64,000 bases of DNA from Zygnema circumcarinatum SAG 698-1b (lineage: Eukaryota; Plantae; Zygnematophyceae), in NCBI GenBank assembly GCA_037447605.1, contig CM074808.1, forward strand, positions 4,092,001 to 4,156,000, written 5' to 3'. A program made the position numbers and the translations under genes. The notes below the pieces were generated by a model. It searched no databases, was not told where the DNA came from, and saw nothing but the letters and a program-made list of their open reading frames with translations. Shown in pieces: positions 13,464 through 25,399 of the stretch; the first letter of the stretch is position 1, and every line of letters begins with the position of its first letter.

Positions 13464-15775
13464 TCACAAATTTGGCCTTCGAAACCACGAGCGATGGCGC
13501 CCCCATGGGCCAGAACTCTTGAGGACGAGCTTAAATCGGTCTTGAACATAAAAGGCGGACGGCAGGACACAAGTTTTGGGAAGGCCGTCTAGCACGAGCA
13601 CGCGCAGTGCCGCCAGCTTCAGAAGAGAGATGGGAATATGCTCCATTCTGGGACAGAGGGAAATCACCAGCTCTTGAAGGCTGCGGAGGTTTCCCATCGA
13701 CTTAGGGAGGTTTCTGAGGCCGCAGCAGCGGATTTCGAGGTAGCTCAGCCCCTCGATGGACGTCAGAGACTCGGGCAACCCCTCCAGAAGCACACAGTTC
13801 AGTAACTTCAGGACCTGCAAACTCGTCAGCATGCCGAAAGTCAACGGCAGAGAAACCAGGGAGCGCATGTAGGCCAAAGTGAGCTCCTTCAGAGAGCAAA
13901 GCTGCAAAAAGCTGTCGGGGAGCTTGTTGGAAGTCTTGGCGGTGAAATGGAGCGTTTGTAAGGCCGTGAGACGGCTGAAGGAGTCAGGTGACGGCACAAG
14001 CCTCGAAGATGACAGCCGCAAGTCCACGAGCGCAGGCAGGTCTCCTAAGCAACCAGGCAGGTCTTCGAGAATGCAGTAGCCGTCCTCTAGTTCAAGGGAC
14101 TTTAAGTTTCTAAGGGAGCGCAAGACTCCTCTTGAAGAATTGGGAAGGCCTGATTCGTCGAGCCTGAACTTGGCATGCCTGATGCACAACTCCTCTAGAG
14201 TGGTCAAAGGGGCAATGTAGTCCGGCAGGACGGTGACCTTGCAATTGACAATCTCCAGGACCAGGAGGCGACTCAACATGCTCAAAGAAGCGGGCCATAA
14301 GTTGACAGCAGGGATATCTCCTGACCAAACGAAGTTGAGGCTAAGAGAGCGAAGCGCAGTGACGCCGTGGAATAAATCAGGTAGTAAAGACGCATACTTG
14401 AAGCCTGTGATGGAAAGCTCTTCCAGCTCAGAGTCGCGAATGAGGATTGGTTCAAAACTCAGAAGAGTGGAACAACCCGACACGTTAAGATGCCGAAGAG
14501 AGCGAAGGTTTCCAAAATCAAGAGTTTGATGATCCGACAATTCGTTATCCATTTTAAGGTCCAGCGATGTGAGGTGAGGAAGGCGCTCAAAGGTAGAGCA
14601 CGGCATATTGGGAAGAAGCCAGACCTTTTGAAGGCATAACTTCTCAAGTCGTGTCAAACACCATATCTCATTCGGCAAGGAAGTTCGGACATCCTTTAGC
14701 TCCAAAACCTTCAGATTCATAAAACTTCCGATGGAACTTCCAAGCTCCTGCAGGAAGGCCGTTTCTTTGATTGACAGTGAGCACAAGCTCGGCAAAGCTG
14801 CGAGTGAGGCCGGCAGCGAGCGTAGATGGGGCATGCTCAAGTGAAGTTCCTGAAGCTTGCTCAGCTTTCCGAGTGTTTCGGGAAGGGAAGTCAGATGCCG
14901 GTTTCCCAGCCTGAGGACTTCAAGGTCAGGACATCCTTCGAAAACCCTCTCGAGTGCCAAAGTAGAGAAATCCGGTCGCTCATGGAAGTCAATCTCTAAG
15001 CGAGTAAGATGTGCACAATGCATTCCTATCGAGTAAAGCACAGAATCCGACTTGATTCCGGATTGCCAGGGAACGGCCATACTTTCTGGGTCGGCCTCAT
15101 CGTTGACATCCAAACAGCCCTTAGGAAGCAGCAACGCAGTGAGATTTGGAAAAGTTCGCAGGAAGCTCAGAAAAAGTCTGTGGTTTAGTTGGCTGTCCAT
15201 TTGAAGTTGCAGCGACCGCATGGCCTGCAACCCCTTATCCGGCCCCACGGCAGCAAGTTTCAATAAACTTGCACGATGGGTATGCTTTTTACTTCAAGTA
15301 GACTCTGAAATAATGATAACTGCTTCAGTCTGCAAAGGTTGCACGAACAGCAAGGGCCGAGGCCACGAGATGGAGATAAACTCTGAGTGAGGCAATAACA
15401 GAGCATGCGAGACCCATTGCGGCAGACCCTTAAGCAGCTCCTGAGCCACTGCATGGTCTGGCACATCCCACTTTAAAGCGCAAGAGGCAGGCAGGCAGGC
15501 ACGCAGACAGACAGACAGACAGACAGACAGCGGGCAAAGACCTGCGAGTGGAGGAGGCGCCAGCGCGAGCAGACGAGGCGGCAGGCAGCGGCATCGCGCA
15601 GGGCGTGCACGCGCCCGAGGATGGCGGCCACGCAGTCGTCAGGGAGCTCCGCCGGCGCCCCGCCCTCCGCGAGGGGGGGCCGAGGGGGCCCCTGCCCGCC
15701 TGCCGGGGCAGGAGGAGGGCAGGAAGAGGAGGAGGAGGCGGCGGCAGGGCCGAGCAGGAGCTCCCGCAGGCGCAT
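13464..15775 (-). CDS. F-box plus leucine-rich-repeat protein (~664 aa, two exons: 15775-15542 and 15224-13464)
   Basis: Exon 1 starts gccgccATG and carries the F-box ELPDDCVAAILGRVHALRDAAACRLVCSRWRLL. A phase-0 donor (CAG|GTCTTT) joins a phase-0 acceptor (ttgcag|GCC). Exon 2 is one long ORF with more than a dozen LRRs, e.g. LTSLPETLGKLSKLQELHL and LPKSMGNLRSLQELVISLC. Confidence 0.88.
15495..15531. repeat. (GACA)n/(GGCA)n microsatellite in the F-box/LRR intron
   Basis: ggcaggcaggca followed by cagacagacagacagacagacagacag. Confidence 0.7.
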
Positions 15776-15929
15776 GGCGGCCCTCGCTCACCCGCTCGCA
15801 CCTCCGCCTCCGCCTGTCGCCGCGCCGCGCCGCGTCGCTTTTCAGCTTCGACGGTGCGGCCCGCGGGAGGGGGAGGGGGGGCCGGGGGAAGAGGGCGGGG
15901 GAAGTGGGNNNNNNNNNNGACGGGGCGCC

Positions 15930-17833
15930 ATGGACGTCCTGACGCAGGCGCAGGAGGAGGCCAACCGCATGGCCGCGCTCCTCTTCAACCTCATCGGTGC
16001 TCTGCAGCGCGACGCGCCACCCGCGCCCCTCAAGGCCGCCCCCCGCGCTCAGCCGCAGCCGCAGACGCAGCCGGGGGGGGCGGCGGCCATGGATGTGGAG
16101 CAGCACACGCAGGAGATGGCCTCCGCCTTCATGCACGCCGCCAAGCTGGTACGTAACCCGGAGGTTCCAGGCAGCTCGCACGCGCCTGCAGAGGCCTCTG
16201 AAGGAGATGGACCCCGCTCTTCTACTACTCGATATGCCAAGAATTCGGTACATTTAAACGTGCTGAAAATTCCACGCAAATGGCTGTTGTCGAGTTTGGC
16301 CCCAGGAAGCACACACTCGCTTTTCTGGGAGAACGGTTGTCTAGTTTCTTTCTCTTTTTATTCTATTTCATTGGTTTCGTCCGGTATCTCGTAAAAGAGT
16401 GTCTTAGATTCCACTGGTGCATAGGGACGCCAAACATTGCCAAACTAATGCCCAGGAAGTGATCACTTTTAATGTGGCGAGTATAAATTGCAGTGTAACA
16501 GCAGAAGTTTTCAGGTTGCATGTGGCCTGAAAATTTTCCACCAGCTGATAGAGCTTCTGCATAAGTTCCTTGTTTTGTGTAGAACTTGACGGCGTTCGGA
16601 AGAGAGGATGATGCAAACATACTTGTGACAGCATGAGCTATCCTTGCCTGCTGGTCTTCCTGCATTTTGCCTGCACCAGTAGGGAAAATAATACCATGTA
16701 TAATACAGCCGCTGTCAGCTTAGTTAATGCGGCTAACAAGCTTGGTTTGTCTTGTCGTTTTCATCAGTTCGATACTCTTGTAAGCGCCCTTCCGGTGGAT
16801 GAAGGTGGGGAAGCCGCACAGCTCAAGCGCATTGCCGAGCTCCAGGTGGGATTCACGATTCTATGTTTTCCATGATGACCATGTTGGTCATGGGCCATGG
16901 AGCAGGCTGGAAAAGGTTTTTCTTTGCTGACCATTACTACTGAACCTTGAACCGAAACGAGCATCACTCCGATCTTGGCACCTTGAAAATCTGGCAGCCA
17001 AATCCTGGAACTTTTGTGCCAATTTTCCTGATGTTTCATTCTGACACTCGCACACAATTGTTTCTCGGCTGTAAGTTATGCGCGTTATGCCGGGTTGTCT
17101 GTGCGTTGTTAGAGATGTTCCTTCTTCTGTTGCTTTATCGGTATGCTGTAAAGGCGGCTTTCTGATGTGGCAAACTATTTTTTCGGAACAGCCTGCTCTG
17201 CTAATCACTCTTCAATGGTTATTTGTGTTGTACAGAAAAGTTTCTCATACTAATGTCGCTGCTCGGGTAAGGTCTGTAGGCTGAGAATGAAGCAGTGGGT
17301 CAAGACCTGTCACAGGAGCTGGAACTTGCAGGTACTTTCTTTCGTCTGCCTTCCTTTCCTAAAAACGTGCTCTTGAGCATGAGCAGCTGCGAGACTGAGG
17401 TGTTGGCATGAGCGTGATCGAGTGAAGCATCAGAAGCATAGCATGCTGTCAGAGATGTAGTCAGCTAGATTCTGGTTTTTGATTCCTATGGTCAAAATCA
17501 CTAATTTAATGCAGGCTATCATTCATTCTGAGCAGACTCGAGATCCCCACTATCCTGCATTTCTCACTCGTTTTGAGCTAATTCTTTTTACAATCAATAT
17601 TTGCGTTTCGCGCATAGCACCACCAACACTGTACATGTGCCAAGGACTCTGTTGCATGCATTCGACGTGCTTACTACACTACTGGATCGCAGCGGAATGT
17701 TTGCGATGGCTGCATGCAACGACTGACCTCTTTGTAGTCTTGGCGTTTCCATGAGCATTCTACAGAAGAGGACCTCCAGAAAGCGCGCCTGCTCTTCCAC
17801 CGCGTGGCAGACGACTGCCTGCAGCTTAAGTAG
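15930..17833 (+). CDS. MED21: Mediator of RNA polymerase II transcription subunit 21
   Basis: Four exons: MDVLTQAQEEANRMAALLFNLIGALQRDAPP..AFMHAAKL | FDTLVSALPVDEGGEAAQLKRIAELQ | AENEAVGQDLSQELELA | EEDLQKARLLFHRVADDCLQLK-stop. Matches the plant MED21 pattern. Confidence 0.93.
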
Positions 17834-18403
17834 CTGCGGACTGCCTGTCCCGCCTGCAACGGGGGGGGGAAGAGGGGGGAATGGGGTGTGCGTGCACTCA
17901 GTCCAGGGAGCACAGCTGGCGACCGTGGTTTTCCTTGTGAAGAAGAAGCTTGAGGCTTTCTTTCACCACTGTACAATTTGCCGTGTAATGATATTCGTTT
18001 AGCAGAATTGGCAAGCATTAGCAAAAAATGGATTGAGATTAGCAAGGCATTTTGAAAAAGGACGACATTTGTGATTAAGCTAGTAAGAATGTGAACCCTT
18101 TCTAAGAATATCCACAGCAATGAACAGAAACTCTTTTTATTAGTGAAATGTTCCCTTCACTTTGCACGGAATGACAATGTCCTCCTTGTCCTTCCCTTAC
18201 AATCATTTACATAGGTTACAACCACGTGGGAATTGCAGGCCTACGCGGGAAGCGGCAGGGGGGTCCCTGCGACCTCTGCAGCAAAGCTGCTGCACATCGC
18301 AGCTGCAGGCAAAAAAGCACTTTCTTACGACAGCTAGCGACAGGTTGATCGCGTCCATGACTCTCACAGAGTCTGCCACACCTCCCTCCCAAGCGCAGCT
18401 GGG

Positions 18404-21400
18404 CTAGACGTCGTCATCATCCCCGTCGTCGGAGCGGTCGTCTCTCTCGTCGATGTGCTTGCTGCTGTCGAAGTCGGCCGAGCGCATGCGGCCGCGACCC
18501 TCGCCTTCGCCCTCCTCCCTGCGAGGGCTGCCGTCCTCGTGCATGGTCAGCTGCCCCTCCATCTCCCCGTCGTCGCCCTGCAGACAGACGCAGCACGCCA
18601 ACATGTGTACTGCCATCAACGTTTCTCACAAACAAACAGTGCCAAATCTGCGACCAGTTTAGACTGGCGCATCTGAATCATGAAGCGACTCTAACACTCC
18701 CACAACGTTTCCGCAATGGCGAAGGACACAACTGGACACGATGAACGTGACCACTCAGCCTGTTCTACTTCAAAAACCCACTTTCCAAAATGAGCTCGAA
18801 CAGCTCTTGCAAGCCGCCTACTCCAAACATGAACATACATAGTGTATGAGCTTGAGGTCTGGCAGTTCCCATTCTTTTCCCTGCTCGTACCTCCATAATT
18901 CTCCTGCGATTGCGGTCTCGATAAACCTCCTCCTCATCCGTGAAGTGCCTCTTCGTTACCGTTACCTGTCATCCAAAGTGATGAAGGCCCATCCCACAAA
19001 ACGTATTTGTCAACAAAACCTCCTCGACCATTGCCTTGTCACGAAGCCGGTCGACCACATGCATATTGCAGGAAAAAATGTCTACCACCCACACTGGCTT
19101 CACAGCATACCCTCTCGGGAATGGGGAAATCTTCCTCCTCCACTTCGTCCTTCGAGCGTCCGGCTTTCGCCTTGAGTTTCCGCACAGTCAATTTCGTGTT
19201 CAAAGGCTGTATCTCAAAAGATGATACACGAGAAGCCTTAGAGCAGAAGCATTCTTGGTCCATCCATACTGTGTGAAACAGCAGCTACTATCAGGATAAA
19301 GCTTGCGATGGTGTAGGCAGACCCAATATGATCCCTGAAAAGTAAATGGAAGGCACACCATGTAAGTGACGGCATCATCTCCAACGCAGAGTAGGAAGGA
19401 ACTTTTGCCAGCATCTCCTTTTGACACCTGGCACAATCACCCGCAAACTCCCATCTTCAGTCTTGTCCTTATCAAACAGGCATAACAGTCACAGCTCTGC
19501 ATTGGTTCATTTGAAGGATAACAACCTACTGCACAAAAAAACACTTGCTTCAACTCCACCACCAGGAATGAATCCTATTGTTTCAGCACTTAGTGAACTG
19601 GCAGCGAGAAGCCAAAGGGTTCGTAAAACCTCCGCTTCTGAGAAAAAAAAAACTCCTCACAACTGCCAATACAAATCAATGGATTTCAGAATGCCCACCG
19701 TCCAGTGATACTCTCGGACCCAATCAAATACCACTTCGTCTCCAGACTCTTGCGCTCGGTCGACCTGCTTTCCCCCCCATGTAAGAATGCAGGAGTTGGA
19801 ATAAGGTCCAAGAAAAGCGCCAGCACGAAAGTAGGAACTGGCAAATGCTTCTACCGTATCCATGTGATGAGATTCTTACCTCACTTACAGAAGGCACCAT
19901 ATAGGCTACAAAAGACTGCTCTGGTCGATACTCCGTTGCAGGCATTTTGAAATTCTTCATGATTGCCTGCATCCACAGTTCAGACCCACGTGAATGAGCT
20001 CAGCCATAATTATCTGCATTCTGAATTCGAACGCCACTCGAGCCATGCCTGCGAATTACAGGAGGAAGGCCTTGCTTCACCTCCCTTACAAGAAGAAAGG
20101 CTTTGTTGCCTAACACACACAAGCGAAGGGTATGCCATAAGCAAAGGACGTCACCCAAAAAAATAAACAAAGATTGTGAATGTACAAGTGCTTTGACACG
20201 CTGACCCAAATCGGCAGTCGCCGTACAGCATCTTCAATTCCCATAGTCCCAGCTTTAACCACACAGGAAGCTCACTACGAGAGTAGGACTCACCCTAGCC
20301 TCAAGCATCTCCTTCGCATCACTGCTGAGCGCATGGTGACGGATGGAATCTTCCATAGGATCCGTATCAAACACCAGCTGCACGTATTGGTCACCCACTC
20401 TGTTTACTCCCACAACCCTTAACTTCTTTCAGTGAAAAGTCAAACGCTGCTTGCCCCTTTGAAAACCAACCTAAACGACGTCAAAAGCTGAGGAAAGCCA
20501 TTAACTTCCTCCAGCTAAGGATGACGGAGGACAAGAAGGGGAGGCGCAGAATTTGACGCCACCTGTCCACACTCGGAAGCACGGGCAGACTTTCGAGTGG
20601 ATAAAGGTCTGGGTTTGTCGGATGCACAGGCCTCTGCGCTGCTGCCTGGAAGGACGCCTCAATGGCACGAATCTGCGCTTCTCTGTACCGGCCCGCCCCC
20701 CAAGCACCATGGCACCAATCAGAAGAAGGACGACAATGGCTATACTGCTATCGCAGTTCAAATCCCATGCAGAGGCCACTGCTCCAGATACACTAGGTAG
20801 GGTCCTAAGCCCCACATCACACAAACTCCTCACTCAGACCCCCTACCACATCCTTGCTTTCGTAAACCAGAAAGGAAGGAGCCCGGCTGAGTCCCGGCTC
20901 CCTCCCCAAGGAGCGTTCCAAAGCTGACTGTGGCACTTGCCTGTCGTTTCCATCGTTTGCATCCTCCATATCTTCCAGCTGCATCGCCAGTAGTTTGGCC
21001 TCTTTTTCATTCCGTGCATGCTGTTCCCCAGAACAAAAGCACAAAGCATTGGCGTCAAGCCCCTCAAATATCTACTTTCTCACATTCAAAATGAACAATA
21101 AACCAGATAGAACCTTCGTCCCCCAGCAGCACAAACGAGATCGTTGTACAATCCACGACCCAAAGGTCCTAAGAGCTGCCACACCTTCATGCAAACAACA
21201 AACTTACTTTTTTTGGAGTGGTGTCCGCCATTGCCGGAGCTATGTATTGTGTGTGAACAAGCCAGTTGAGGCCCTCGTCTGTCGGCCTTCCCTTCACCTT
21301 GATTGCATCTTTTTTGGGAAGCTGCGCAGGAAGATCATCTCTCAAAAGTTCCTCATCCTCCGGATCCAAAGGCGGGCGTTCTGAGAGAAGTGGAGCACTG

Positions 21401-23833
21401 AATGAAGAAGGCAACCAAGAGTGGATTAGGGTCATCAGCAATGGAAACAAGCGATCTAAATCCCAGAGCATGGACTTCACCTCAGTCATGGAGAACGATT
21501 AGGAAGAATAGCTTCGGATGTAATGATGCATGATGTGCAGCAATACAGCATGTAAGGTGTTCCAAAGTACAAACGTCAAATACGGAGACCCACCAGTATA
21601 GCCCTGGCATGGACCTCTCATGTCCATTCCTCTGCCAATGGCAGTGTGCCCATTACTCAAGGTCACGCCCAAAGCCTTTGCGCCCGTAACAAAATACACT
21701 TTCGCCATCCATGTTTCTATCTATATCCACAGTCTACAGTAACTTGCAACATGTCCATAGCCCATGCTCCAATGTCACAAGCTCTGCACTGAACGTCATG
21801 AGTAAAACCTTCCTTCCGTTTCTTCCATTCTGGAAATTAAAAAATCACTACCTTCCTTTATCGGCACCGTACGTGGTTACAGTGAGTAGCTTTGGACTCA
21901 CTTGTAAATGCTCATGTCGAGCAGATCGAGGGGAATCCCAAGGTCAGGCTCCACGTGCAGCTTGTATTTGTAGTTCTTCTCCAACGATGTAATGGTATAC
22001 TTCATGTATCTGTTGTAATGCCAAATACGATCACTACTGTCACTTTGAAGGCAACCCCCCTTGCCGTAAAGAGAGTGTTTGCCCAAAGTCATCTAATTAG
22101 CAACATTTAACAGGGGCCATCGAAAAGAGCCCATGGTCCATACTGCCAAACTGCTATTGCTGTGTCTTTAGCTATCATGCAGAAAGGAAAAAACGGACAG
22201 AAAACTGCTTGGCAATAACCACACTACCAATGAAAGCGGATCACCGTGAATCTCTCACTTACTGCATCCTCACAAAACATACCTCTCCCGATCGTGGTTG
22301 ATCGTAAGCCACTTTGGAGCAAATACTGGCTCCGGCAATTCATTGGTAAACCTGCATTTTCCCCCACCGGCATTGTTTTTCGAAATGCTCTTTACATCTC
22401 AACCGCACTTACCATTATCGCAAGCCCTTTGGTCGCAGGCGTTATGTTCCTAACGTGTCTAGAACTCCTACATTTTCTAAGTTCCCTTCATGGCTAGATG
22501 CTCAGAATCACGATCAGGACTTCAGAGCAAGGCAATGGCAAAGATGCTTCTTCAACCTCCAAAAACTAACAGCACGGTTCATCGTCGAAAAGGCTATACA
22601 AGGTACAACTCTCATCCATTTCGTTTATCGAGATAGCGCTAATCTTTTTAAAAACATTCTTGACAATCCACGTTCTAAGGATCCAACCCCTCCTTCAATG
22701 ATAAAGATGAGTGAGCCTCTTCCACTGCTTGTCTTCCAATTGTGGTGCACATGCTATCAAGGTATTTACTACATACATTCCCATGCTCGAAGGTCAAGAG
22801 ATTTTTTCTCTGTGTTTGCTATTACTGCTAGTTTACTCGCGTCCTCACCTCGTTCTTACTAGCTTTTCATAAATTTGTTCTTTCAGAATTGTGCTGCTTC
22901 AGCAGTCAGACATGCTACAAGGAACCCTAAAAACTGTCGCATAGTTCTATCAAACTCTCCACTAGCGAACGCCTCCCAATATCCTAATCCTTAACAGCTT
23001 ATGCAAAGGCACCCCAACATTCTGCAGGCCTTCCTACATGGCTCCATTTAAATGCCTCGTTACAGAAGACAGTGCGTCTGTCGCCGACGCCTGCCTTAAT
23101 TATCGCTGGTTACATGCGAACGAATGTTTCACTCTTCAAAAGGCAGGACTTGTAAATGCTGAAGCCCATGCTTTCTTAGATATAAACGTATGTTCTTTAA
23201 ACAGTACCTTGTTTTACAAATGAAATTTGTCGGCCGTTTTAGTCGGTTTTCTACCGCTGCCTCCACCTGCGCCGATTTCTGCCGTCCATCCTTTTCAGTA
23301 GCCATTGGCGCTGAACGCTGGACAGCTCCCGGCTGGCCCGCGACTACTCGCTTCCGCGTGTCCGCCGCCTTTTGCCGCTTCTCCTTTTCCCTCTCCTCCC
23401 GGTGCCTCGCCTTTTCATGCTCGCGTTGCCGTCGCTCCTGCCCGCCATCCTTGTCCGCGGGGTCGCCTCTGTTGCCTGCAGAGGCGGGAAGGTGCAGGCG
23501 GGAGGCCGCGGGGGAGGGAGGGGGGGGCAGACCTGGCGGGGGCCCTGCCGGGGGCGCGGGAGGCGGCCCAGGCGCGGTGAGCAGAGGCGCGGACGAGGGG
23601 GGGAAGGCGTAGGGCTGCGGTGGCTGCTGGTGGTGCTGCTGGTGGTGCTGCTGGTGGTGCTGCTGGTGGTGGTGGTGGTGGTGGTGGTGGTGCTGCTGCT
23701 GCTGCGGGTGCTGCGGGTGCTGCAGGAAGGGCGGGGTCGCGGAGTAGCCGTAGGCGGCAGCCCCGCGCGGGTACGCGGAGGGCGCGTGCAGGAGAGGAGG
23801 AGGGGGATGCGGCGGCGGCGGCTGCGGCTGCAT
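18404..23833 (-). CDS. PAF1: RNA polymerase II-associated factor 1 (PAF1/ELF7)
   Basis: Pro/His/Gln-rich N-terminus, then VENRLKRPTNFICK, FTNELPEP, KYTITSLEKNYKYKLHVEPDLGIPLDLLD, PEDEELLRDD, RPTDEGLNWLVHTQYI, IRAIEASF, WVREYHW and an acidic tail. All exons are phase-consistent if one GC-AG intron (20940-20683) is used. Confidence 0.93.
23620..23712 (-). repeat. Coding trinucleotide repeat giving a poly-His/Gln tract in PAF1 exon 1
   Basis: (GGT)n/(GCT)n on the plus strand translates to QQQQHHHHHHHHHQQHHQQHHQQHHQQ on the minus strand. Confidence 0.8.
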
Positions 23834-24066
23834 GGCGAGGGCGAGGGCAGGGCAATGGCTGCCGTCTCCCTCCCTCCCTCCCTCCCTTTTCGAGCCTAGC
23901 TTCCCTTCCTCCCTCCTCGAGCCTACCCGGAGCCCTCCCTCCCGCGCTTCCTTCCCTTCCGCCTTTCCCGCCCACCCTCGCGCCCGCTCCAAGGCCGTAC
24001 AGGGCCGTACAGGATCGTACGGCGCTGGGCCACCACTCCACCAGTCAAAAAAAGTCCATTATTAAG

Positions 24067-24260
24067 TAGGGGGCATCAGACCACGACCATCGCCAAATCA
24101 ATTTCGTAAGCCTGTCGGGCGAATTAAGCATGGCTAGGTACTCATTCTGGGCTCGGCGGAGCCGCGGATCCCGATCCGGAATTCGTACACGAAAGAAGTG
24201 ACTTTTAGTATAAGGAATTCAGGAATTTCGTAAGCGTTGGTCAAGGTCTGACTCCCCCTA
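24067..24260. mobile_element. Putative 194-bp MITE (unclassified; TA TSD or a decayed hAT element)
   Basis: Imperfect TIR with 19/23 matches: TAGGGGGCATCAGACCACGACCA versus reverse complement TAGGGGGAGTCAGACCTTGACCA. No 8-bp TSD; the terminal TA could be a 2-bp TSD. Confidence 0.55.
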
Positions 24261-24522
24261 ATACTGAAAATAAAGCTCAAAGGTCTTGAAAATAAAGCCG
24301 CCATTCAATAATATGGAGAAAAATAGAAAAAATGAGGCGTTCCAGACGTGCGGATGCGAATCGAAACAAAACAAAGTATGAAGCAAAAAGGTCCCGCAAA
24401 TTCCGAAAAAGAAACTCAAAATGTTCCCGAAAATAGTAAAATACGGGAAATTCCGTCTTTGACGAGGCCTGCACTCGCCCCCGGCGGCCGGCCATTAGTT
24501 GGCCACGGGGGCCAGTCAGGGG

Positions 24523-24902
24523 TAGGGATGGATTAGTTACGACTATATAATATATATTATATTATACAACTGTGACGACTAGATAACGGCTGATATATAT
24601 TAATTTACAACGCTTTTACAACATGTACGGTCGTACGGTCGTACGGTCGTACGATTGTACGGTATTATGCGGCCCGAGCACGAGCAGACAGAGAAAACCA
24701 GTCGGACGCATTTCGCAACGCCAACGCCAAAACGACCTAATTTTGGTATGGTACGACCGTACGAGTCGTACGGTCGGTAATTGTTCAAAACGAGTGGGTA
24801 TAATATATGTAATAAAGTGTTTTACTTTGTAATATATTACTAATTTTAAACCCGTTGTAAAGTATATAATATATTCGGAATTTATAACGCGGGCCATCCC
24901 TA
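24523..24902. mobile_element. Non-autonomous hAT-type MITE (380 bp)
   Basis: 9-bp TIR TAGGGATGG...CCATCCCTA flanked by an exact 8-bp TSD GTCAGGGG (24515-24522 and 24903-24910). Internal CGTACGGT repeats occur in both orientations. 8-bp TSDs and TAG-initiated TIRs are typical of hAT elements. Confidence 0.85.
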
Positions 24903-25399
24903 GTCAGGGGTCGATAGAAACTCAGTCATACCTGCACCGTTAGTTAGCCATTATTTTCAGTCACTTGTTAGCCACATCTTCCAATCATTGACCAGCCAGT
25001 GGTTAGACAGACCGGCCGCGCGGGAACCGCGAGGCGAAAGGACGGCCCGCGTGAGGGAGGGCAGGGGAGCGGCCGCCCGACCGAGCTTGCTCGCTCTGCC
25101 GCCCGCCATGGCCGCCATGGCCGCCGCCTCCTCCGCCCCCGTCCCCTCCTCCTCGCTGCTGCGCGCCACCCTTCTGCCGCGCCGCCTGCCCTGCCTGCCC
25201 TCCGCGCTCGCCTCTGCCTCGCCTCCGCGCCGCTGCTTGTGATGGCGTCCTCGCTCCGACGGGGGGAACAGCACGACGCTTGTCCAGTTAGACTTGCAGC
25301 TTGTAGGGTTGCCGGCGCCTAGCTGTGCTGCTCAAGAATTTAGTGCAACACTCACGGTATCGAAGTTGAAAGGGCCCTTGGCTCCCTCATGCCGAGGGC

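Noticed and set aside
15294-15296. In-frame TGA just upstream of the 599-aa LRR ORF, suggesting a pseudogene
   Set aside because: It lies inside the intron once the phase-0 acceptor at 15224 is used.
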